In this document: positions 54,710-64,000 of the stretch, piece after piece
Position numbering within the stretch: position 1 is the first letter of the stretch
Layout: each line of letters begins with the position of its first letter
DNA from: Geosiphon pyriformis uo1
Taxonomy: Eukaryota; Fungi; Glomeromycota
Length of the DNA stretch: 64,000 nt
Reading direction: 5' to 3'
Assembly: GCA_016748015.1 (NCBI GenBank)
Contig: JAAOMT010000699.1
Location: 186,001-250,000, forward strand
The notes under the pieces: generated by a model
The model's input: only the letters and a program-made list of their open reading frames with translations
Told to the model about the DNA's origin: nothing
Database searches by the model: none
Translations under genes and position numbers: made by a program

Positions 54710-56630
54710 ATTAGAATAAATACAAAATTAAAAAAACTCAATTTAATATAAAAAAATAACAATTATTTAAAAAAAAAAGTGAGACTCTTATATGACAAAA
54801 AAGATATCAAAATCAACTTATTACAATAAATATAGACCAAATAGTTTATTTACCAAAACAGCAGCCAGAATTAAAAAAATTACTACTTTTTTTAATATTA
54901 GTAATGTTTAAATTACAAACTTATAATGGCCCAAATTTAATAAATTTTCAAGCAATTTAGAAAGTAAAATTGATCCATATACTAATTAAATAAAAAAAGA
55001 CAAAAGTTAAAAAAACATTTAAAAAAACATGTTTAGTTAATTGTCTTCAAATTTAATTAAAAAAAAGCTATTTTTGAATATTTTATTTTGTTAAATAATA
55101 GTAATAAACATAAAAAAATTAATACTAGTTTGAAAATTTCCTAGAAGGTTTTTATTGATGATAATGTATAAAAAGCACAAAAAATTCAATATCTTGTAAA
55201 GTATTGGTTGTTTAATAATAAGCTTTTAACATTAAAATGTATAAAACACCAAAAAACAATTAAAATAATTGATAATAAAAACATTGTACAAAGATGTCAT
55301 ATTTGAATTAAAAACTAAAACTTTAATGTTATTTCAGCCATATTTAAAAAATTCATCAAACATAAATTGTTTTCTAATATTAGAATAATGAAAAAAAACT
55401 ATTAATTTTACAACTGCAATAAAATGGCTCAAAATTCTTGGTTATTCATTTCAACAACATTATTAAAGCTTATATTATGATGGACATAAAAAAAATAACA
55501 TCTTGTAATCTTGAAAAAAATTTTTAGAAAAAATATATAAGCATAAAAAATATATGTTAAAAGTATGAAAGTAAATTTATAAATTAAATATGTCCTAATT
55601 TACTTAAAAAAAAAGAGTTCTTGTAATTCATAATGAATGTATTTTTATTTAAATGATGGCAAGCATAGCATATAAACTGAACATAAAAATTTGCTACTAA
55701 GAAAAAAAAAATGGAAAATCAATTATGGTTAGTGAATTTCTAACTAAAATTAATAGACATTTATGTTTACAACAAAATAATATAGAAAACTATTCTAATA
55801 TATTAGAAAAGGCATAATGCTATTTACAATCTGATATAAATTAAAATAGTTATTGGGCAGCAGATCATCTTTTTAAACAAATTAAATGTAAAACAATTCC
55901 AATTTTTAAGAAATTATATTTAGATTACACAGCCATATTTGCTTTCAATAATAGCTCTAATCATGCAGTATTTAGTAAAGATGCTTTAATTGTAAACAGA
56001 ATAAATTTAAGTCCAGGTGGAAAGTAATTAATAATGCAAAATACTTCTTTTAGATTAGATAATCAATTATAATTGATAATTTTCTTGAAAACATATTCAG
56101 ATATAAAAATTCAAGAATTGTCTAAAAAAATTAAACAAGTATTAATAAAATGAAAAAAATGACCATCAAAAAGATTAGTATTAGAATGCCAAAAATACAA
56201 AAAAAAAATCAAAGATTCTTTAAAGGTTTCTTGTTGTACACATTGAGTAATATCTTTGAAATCTGATTTTCTTGCTCAAAAAAATGCAATTGAAGAATTG
56301 ATTAAAAGTATGAGACATAAGTACATTTTTTTTCCAAAATTTTATTGCAAATTAAATTTTATTGAAAGATATTGAAGAGCTGCTAAAAAATATATACATA
56401 ACAAATATGATTATTCATAAAAAAAATTACAAAGAACAGTGTTTGAAAGTCTTGAATCAGTATCTTTAATAACTATTAGACGATTTTTAAGAAAATATTG
56501 GTGTTATATGAATCTTTATAGAAAAGATCTTAGTGGAAAATTAGTAAAATATGCTATAAAAAAGTATAAAAGAATTCCAGATAATATTCTTGAAGAATTA
56601 GACAAATTAAATAATATTCAAACTTTGTAA
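54710..56630 (+). mobile_element. Decayed DDE transposase (IS630-Tc1-mariner-like fungal family)
   Basis: IHNECIFYLNDG, GKSIMVSEFL, FAFNNSSNH...ALIVNRINLSPGGK, and FFPKFYCKLNFIERY*RAAK (cf. PKFHCELNFIERYWGAAK). Many stops. Confidence 0.82.
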
Positions 56631-57419
56631 TACTGTATTTGGATTTATATTATATAAAATTTAATAAAATTTTATTTTTTATTATAAATAATATATTAAA
56701 AATCCATGTATATTAACCAATAAAATTTAATTATATAAATAAAAACACGTGAAGATCATCATTTAAAATTTCGGACTGATCTACATTTTTGATGATTATA
56801 AATAGTTTGGACCATAAATTAATTTTTTTCGGATACGAGATATGAATGCCATGTTCTTAATGACTAATCCCGCTGTGACCATTTATGTTGCTCTCTTTAT
56901 ACAAAGGGAAGAGTTAAATTAAACGTTATAATGAGTCCCACGGTTTTAAGGGTGATGTGAATTTGATATCCCATACTGATTGTATTTAGCCATTTTAGGA
57001 TAGCAGAGTCAAAAAAAAATGAATCATGAGGATCTGCTTAATATTACATTAGTCATGAGAATCCGCGTAATAATATAAAAATTTCCAGAAAGTACCAAGG
57101 TTTCAAAAAGTGACGCTTTGTTTTTAATCACTACATATTAGTTAAACCCACCCTTGTATTCTTGTATTCTTGTTTTCGCGTGAAAAACAAACGCGTAATT
57201 TTTGATCTCAAAATCAACAACTTAGAGGCAGTAACATATATAAAGAGGTGTTCTCTGCCTTTAGGCAAAATTTTATCCTATATAAGATTACTCTTATCTT
57301 TATTGACGACAAATTACCGGTGTCCACCAACCCACGAACATAACAGCTATAACCAGTACGACTAACAACTCACCACTCACGACTCATGAATTCAAAGAAC
57401 ACTAAAAAAATTTAAGAGA

Positions 57420-57960
57420 TTCATTCTCGTCCCCAGTCGTACTGATAACCGCAGCAGGTCTCGAGAGTTAAAAGCCTCTAGTTGATGAAACAATCCAGGT
57501 AAGGGTGTTGACGTATCTCTTCTAGCTCTAAGTGTTGGGTGAGGGAGGGGGGCATCCTTTACCGGAAAGAACCCCAACCTTAACCGAAGAAACTCAACCA
57601 AGCACGGGGTTTCCAACTCCTTTATATCGCCAAATGTGGTGTTTTCTAACCACTGTGCATGCACCCATTCTGCCGAATGTCTGTTTTCACTTACGGTCTA
57701 TGACATGAATTGTTATACCTCTGTGCATGTACCCATTCTTCCGAATGTCTGCTTCAACTTACGGTCAATGACATGAATTGTTATTTAACCTCTGTGCTTG
57801 CCGCGTTCCAGCTAAATGTATGTTTCCACTTATGGTTATTGATGTGCATCATGGGTTAAACTATTTTTATCTACTATCTAGTGAAACCACAGCCAATGGA
57901 ACGGGCTTGGCAATATCAGCGGAAAAAGAAGACCCTATTGAGCTTGACTCTAGTTTGACA
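57420..57960 (+). pseudogene. Degenerate, internally deleted and interrupted LSU (25S/28S) rDNA relic
   Basis: Colinear conserved LSU blocks: tcgtactgataaccgcagcaggtctc...agcctctagttgat (57438-57486), gctctaagtgttgggt, gaagaaactcaaccaagcacggg, gccaaatg, and tatctactatctagtgaaaccacagcc...gaagaccctattgagcttgactctagtttgaca (57868-57960). Confidence 0.85.
57653..57797. repeat. ~68-bp tandem duplication (2 copies plus a partial)
   Basis: ctgtgcatg(c/t)acccattct(g/t)ccgaatgtctg...acttacggtc(t/a)atgacatgaattgttat occurs twice. Confidence 0.9.
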
Positions 57961-57976
57961 CCAACAATTGACGGAT

Positions 57977-58386
57977 AACCATTACCCACCAATAATTCGC
58001 GATTCAACATTCGAATATAACCACCACTCACTAATAATTCGCAACTCAACCTTCGAATATAACCACCATCCACCAATAATTCGCGATTCAACATCCGAAT
58101 AACCACGCCCACCAGTAATGCGCGAATTCAACATTCGAATAACCATCACCCACCAATAATACATGAATTTAACCTTCGAATATAATTACCACCAACCAAT
58201 AATTCGTAACTCAACATTCGAATAACCATCACTTACCAGTAATGCGCGAATTCAACATTCGAATAACCATCGCCCACCAATAATTTGCAACTCAACATAT
58301 AACCACCACCCACCAATAATTCAAATTCAACATTCAAATATAACCAGCGCTCACCAGTAATTCGCAATTCAACATTCGAATAACCA
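57977..58386. repeat. Minisatellite, about 10 units of 36-43 bp
   Basis: Consensus about aaccaccacccaccaataattcgcgattcaacattcgaat(at), head-to-tail with no unique spacers. Confidence 0.93.
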
Positions 58387-58425
58387 ATGAATACGGAATA
58401 AGAAATCATGAACAATCGATCATCA

Positions 58426-59192
58426 AATAACTGAATTAAATTTTAGGGTTAGGTGGTGAGGAATTGATAATTGTTAGTCTGTTATTATGCCTTGCAAGAA
58501 TGAAGAGTGGGAAGAGGGTAGTTTAAAATTTCTTACAAGAATAAAGAGTGGGAGGGGGGTAGAGTAAGATTTCTTACAAGAGTGAAGAGCGGGAGGAGGT
58601 AGCCACATTTGTCAATTATCTTTTCTATATCCATCTAGTCTATATAGAAAAATTGTTCACCGTTGCCAATTCTGATAAACTCTTGTTATTTACAATGGCA
58701 AAATTGTTCACCCGTTGCCAATTTTGATAAACTCTTGTTATTTACTGTTTATTGTTTAAGCCTATTGAAATTTAATTCAGAAATTTAAAATGATCGATAT
58801 AAAATATTTAAGAAACCTAANNNNNNNNNNNNNNNNNNNNAATAACTGAATTAAATTTTAGGATTAGGTGGTGAGGAATTGATAATTGTTACTCTGTTAT
58901 TTATGCTTTGCAAGAATAAAGAGTGGGAGGGGGGTAGAGTAAGATTTCTTACAAGAATGAAGAGCGGGAGGGGGTAGCCATATTTGTCAATTATCTTTTC
59001 TATATTCATCTAGTCTATATAGGAATATAACTTTATCAGTATATAACTAGTTATCCATCTAGTCTATATAGAAAAATTGTTCACCGTTGCCAATTCTGAT
59101 AAACTCTTGTTATTTACTGTTTATTGTTTAAGCCTATTGAAATTTAATTCAGAAATTTAAAATGATCGATATAAAATATTTAAGAAACCTAA
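58426..59192. repeat. ~350-395-bp direct duplication flanking an assembly gap (N run 58821-58840)
   Basis: aataactgaattaaattttagg...agaaacctaa occurs at 58426-58820 and 58841-59192, with internal ~41-bp G-rich sub-repeats. Confidence 0.88.
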
Positions 59193-60261
59193 TGTATAAT
59201 AAACTATTGTAATTAATATGAGTATTTTTAAATGATAATAGTTTGGTAATAACTTTAAGAATTGCTAATATTAGCTTAAGTCCAAGCAATAATAACTTCA
59301 TTTTTAAACCACTGATTAAATATTAAAATTTAGACAATATTGAGCATACTTAATATACTCTTTCACCGTGTAAAGCGAAAATCTTCTGCCCTTGCTATCG
59401 AAATGTATTAATTTGATCAACTAAGAATGAAAAATTTAGCATTTTCGAAAAAAAAAGATGAGTACTTGCTAATATCTAAATCTTTAAAATTAAGTTTCGT
59501 TTTAATTAATTAAATTCCACAATATTTCTTTGTCGAAAATAATTTTATTTCCGGACTTTTTATTTATGCAATGGTAATTTTTTTAATGCCAAAATTATTT
59601 TTGGTACTTTCTAAATTTCATGAAAGAAATATATTGAAAATTTCGGGGGTGTAATATTTCAGAGATTAATAAAAGAGAAATATTTATGACAGTTTTGAAA
59701 ATAAATAATTTTTATTTATTATTTAGTATTTAGTATTTAAAAATTTGATCATTAGTTCATTTTAGTTTAACGCATTTATTTTATTAATTTATTAGTAGAA
59801 ATTAATAAAAACAAACTTAATATAAATATTTTATTTATCTTTTTCATTTCTATAATAAGCTTTTTTAGTAAACGGTTAAAAGCAACCGCCAGGCTCTTGT
59901 ACTATTATTTAAATATTAAATTCTATTATATTCAAAAAACAATTATTATTTTAAAAGTGATTTGCGGTTTTCATTCTTTGGTTGCAAAAGATGGTTTCAT
60001 TCAAAATTGTCTAAAGTAGCTTGTAAATTCGTTTCAATGATAGAGATATAAAAGAATATTAAAGTGAGAGCATTTTATAAGTTTTACAAATGAGCTTTGT
60101 ATTAGAAAACAGGCAAAATTCATGTTTCAAATATCTCATGCAACCTTGGCACTAAGTTTTGCGTCAAAATTATTCAATATACAGTTTTGGATTATTTTTC
60201 AGAAACGGTAATTTATAAATTAAATATCAATTTACAAATGATTCTGAATTTTTCATTACAT

Positions 60262-61737
60262 TTACATATTACAAACAGTCATGAAATGACCAAAATAAGG
60301 ACCCAAATGAAACATCATAGCTGTGTCCATATCTCCATGAGCATCTGCATTACAACTCTTTCAAAGTAGAATTTTTTTTAATATACAATTCAACTTCTCG
60401 GACAAAAATGATTTTCAAATCCTACCGATGATTCTAGCCTATATCCTTCCGTCGTCAATGGTTCTGGACATTCATATACATTTGGCCGTGGTTCACTTCG
60501 ACGACCTGGACAATCACATGGTGCTCTATCACTCCAGAATTCCCGGGCATAATGTAAAAACTCATTGCCGAAATGCAATTTTGGATATTTTGGAACAAAG
60601 TCATTGTAGTTTGTCATGCGAAATATTTTTCCAGGGAGTTTTGTGTTGACATAATGAGAAAACATCAAATTTCCAATCCGTGGTTGCCCGTATGTATAAA
60701 CCTCGATATCTAGCCCCCATTGTTTGACCCATCTAAATCGAGATTGAAAATATAATCCAGCAAAAACTGCATAGACTTTATAAAAAATTCTAATGAGTTT
60801 TTTCAGAAAACTCAAACGTTCATCATGCAAAATGTTAATGTCAATTCCATTACCCCCACCAACTCCATGCCCAGTGAATACAAGCCTCTTATATTTTGAA
60901 TGTTTGAGAACCTCATCAACCCTTTTTTCCAATACCGAACGTCCAGCAGAGAACTCCCGGTAAAATTCTTCATCAACCATTGAACCTTTAATCTTTTCGT
61001 CGTATGGAATTTGTGATCTTTCATTTTGAGCAAACTCAATTGTTAAAAATCTTCCTTTAAAGGAAACTTGAAATTCTTTGTCTAGCCTAACTTTCTCGAT
61101 TTTCACTGATATTCAAAAATTGTTTCAGTTTTAAAGCAGATTTCCTCAATTTAAGTTTGATTAGGATGCTTTAGAAACTTACCATATATGTTTGGGGTTA
61201 ATTTGTAATTTTCTTCTAAGCAAGAAGCTCTTTGTGAAACATAAGCATATAATTCAAATTTTGTATTACGAGGATCAGTTTTGGATAACCGTATTTTGTC
61301 ATAAAGAGATCCTGAATGACGTTGATTTTCAACTCCATCTCTGTGATCTACGCTTTTGCTCCTCTTGTTCGAAAAGTTTCCAATTTGTATCCCCGGAAAG
61401 TATTTATTTTGAGGAAAAATACTCATTTCTTTTATATGATTAAGGGTTTTCATGTTGCTGTCGTTTATTAACCTTTGGCTTTGAAACCATGTTAAAAATA
61501 TATCAGTAGACATTCCCTCCTAAAATATTCTCTGCTTTTGATTACAAGCGATCTCACATACTTTGGTTGTTTTATTTTCAACAACATTAAAAGAACCACA
61601 GTGATAAACGCAAGGAATACGATTAATTCCTCGAAATTTCGTGTAGAACAATTTTTTTGATAAATTAATTGAAATTTATTTTTTTCTCTTTTCACTTTAT
61701 CAAAAAGTTCCCGCTTGAGACTTGCTACTCTATTCAT
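60262..61737 (-). CDS. Class-3 lipase-fold protein, copy D (GHGVGG; N-terminal signal-anchor), 5 exons
   Basis: ATG at 61737; exons to ~61562, ~61479-61182, ~61105-60854, 60775-60426 and 60357-60262. Motifs FKGR, VDEEFY, FTGHGVGG-VYA, TYGQPRIGN, RMTNYNDFVP, HYAREFW, CDC, CN...HLGPYFG. Confidence 0.88.
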
Positions 61738-62677
61738 TTTTCTAATCAATCTTTCTCAGAAGTCATAAAACGACGTAAAAATTCGATATCAAAATTTATT
61801 TAGAAACCGCCTTTATCAAAAATTTGTTGGGTAATGCTGACAATTACAAAAATATTCCACCAAAAGTATGTCGTGTCCTTTGTTTGTGTCACACAAATCT
61901 CCTCAAGCATCGTAAAATTTGTTGATGGCCAGAAAAATGATGCAAAATTTTTTTGCAAAAAGGAACCACTGTTTTTCCATTCGTCTTTCAAATACATCAA
62001 CATTCATTCAGCATTTCCTAAAATAATAACTTTGACAGAAAAATATTTCCCTAACAGTCAAAATATGATGAAATACAAATGTTTACTGATGACTTTTTGA
62101 GATTTTAAGCCTGATTTTATAATTGGATATAAATAATTAATAGCATTACTAATTCATTTCTTGGCGTCATCTGAACAAAACATCGATGATATAACATTTT
62201 GCAATGCAAAACAACTAACCACACAAACAGGCAGAGGATCATTCCAAACACATGACCCCAATTTTCCTTTAACTTTCATAATAATAATAATAATATATAG
62301 TCTTATTTATAGACTATTTTATTATACATTTTTTAGATATTCGATCGTGTCCTTATTCTTAGACAAATGAAAAATGTTGGTATCAGAACACCTAGTTTTA
62401 TTAAACTTTTCATACAATAAATAAAAAGTAATAAAAATGACTTTAAGTAAAATATTTTTGGATTTGTAATGACAAATGAATTATCGAAAAAACTTTGAAT
62501 TCTCTAAATATTAGCAAAAATAAATTTGAAATGAATGTTATTTAAGATAAGATCTTTTTTTTGTATTTATAAAGTAAACCAATTATTAATACATATTTTC
62601 ATTTTAGAAATTTTAAACTTTATTATTTTAAATAAATTTATATTTTATCTTAATATCTTTTAATAATAATAATAATA

Positions 62678-62724
<47 letters not shown>

Positions 62725-64000
62725 AAACTAAAATAGATGAACTTTTTATTTTTAATAATTCAAAATTTAAATTTAATTTCAACTAATTTACTAATAACTA
62801 TTTTTTAAATTAAAAGAAGCATGATATATATTCTATATATTTGGTAAAAAAAATTGAGCAATTAAATCAATAATTAGGCAAAAAGATGCTTCAATTAACC
62901 AATTAAATATTTAAATCTGTTTTAAAAATGACAAAATAATGACAAAATAATAATGCAAATTTCATAAATATTTTTAAATATCTCGCCATAAAAAATTATT
63001 TTAAAAAAAGCCAACAAAAAAACTTATTTTTCATTAATAAAAATTAGCTTTTTTTGACAAGAGATAATTAATTATAACAAATTTTCAATTAAAATTTTTA
63101 TTTATTTATTTATTTATAAAGTAATTCATAAACAAATTATTTTTTAATGTTAATTTTTATTTTTAAAATTTCAGTTAATGTTTAACATTGAATTATTATT
63201 TTTCATGATAATAAATTACATTTAAAAATTATTAATAAAAAAAATTATTTATTTTGATATCAATTTTTTTAAAAGCTGTTAAAATATTTTTAAAATGATG
63301 AAATTTAAAACTTATTATGAATTACATATTTAATGATAAACTAGATATTTCTAAATCAAAGAATTCTATGTACTTTAATTATTACTATAAATAAAAAGTT
63401 AAAATAAAAAACTAATACGGTTATAAAAAGGTTACTTTTAAGTTGAACAGCTAATCCCATGTAAAAAGTGCATGAACAGGATTATTAAAGAAAAGATTTT
63501 TTTTTTTAGTTAATCTGTTTAAAAGAATGTTTTTCATCAATTCAATGCTTTAACTTTCTGGTTGTGAGAGTAAGAAATCGGACCTCGCAACAAGTATTTA
63601 AAAGTCAATATCAAATCCATTATAATTTGATATCTTAATCAGTTAAGTAAATGAGACCTTTTATAATTCTTTTGTCAAATTAATTATAATGGTGCGAAAC
63701 GTATATCAGTGATTTAAAAAATTATACATATATGCCATAAATTTTATTTACTATTTATAAATTAACGATGTGATCAATTTTGAAAACTCCAATGGAAAAT
63801 ATATCATAAGTATATGCATTATGCAAAAAATACTGATGGGTCAATGTAGAAAGAAAAGCAAGGTTCCTCCTATAAAACTTGTTATAAAAAAACTTATTGG
63901 AAACTACTAAAAAAGAAAGATTTTTGTTAAATTTTTACAATTATTTTGGCACCAAAGGCAAAGGAGGACATGCAGCCATAAGGTGTCCAAAATAAGGACC

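Noticed and set aside
57420-57960. Functional rRNA gene
   Set aside because: Fragmentary, with large deletions, an insertion and substitutions at conserved positions.
57977-58386. CRISPR-like array
   Set aside because: Units are head-to-tail and similar along their whole length with no unique spacers; no cas genes; eukaryotic context.
57392-58415. Several short ORFs on both strands
   Set aside because: Translations of the rDNA relic and minisatellite.
58443-58453. TTAGGGTTAGG as a true telomere
   Set aside because: Fewer than two units, and the sequence continues into genes.
62661-62723. (AAT)n/(ATT)n inverted repeat (also ~8270-8312)
   Set aside because: Simple microsatellite juxtaposition, common in AT-rich genomes.

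Overview
AT-rich eukaryotic (fungal) genomic DNA with short GT-AG introns. Gene content (Sel1 repeats, LYSCLxVNRxW-type F-box-like protein, multi-exon GPCR, decayed Gypsy element) points to Glomeromycotina, possibly Geosiphon-like; this taxonomic call is inference. By hand-splicing I find about 11 intact genes: four class-3 lipase-fold paralogues, a secreted Asn/Gly-repeat protein, F-box-like, Sel1, LysM, RRP17, a UPF0014 permease and a 7TM receptor. Gene islands are separated by heavily C>T/G>A-decayed transposon DNA: pogo, Tc1, a ~10 kb Gypsy with a dUTPase apparently nested in a DDE DNA transposon, and a solo LTR. There is also a decayed bromodomain pseudogene, a degenerate interrupted LSU rDNA relic, a ~40-bp minisatellite and an assembly gap. 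The main signal is that all four lipase-fold genes have intact frames but Gly in place of the nucleophile Ser and no oxyanion Ser/Thr, while keeping Asp/His and disulfide Cys. They look like a maintained family of secreted or anchored pseudo-lipases, two of which flank a secreted beta-solenoid-like Asn/Gly protein. No database searches were run.
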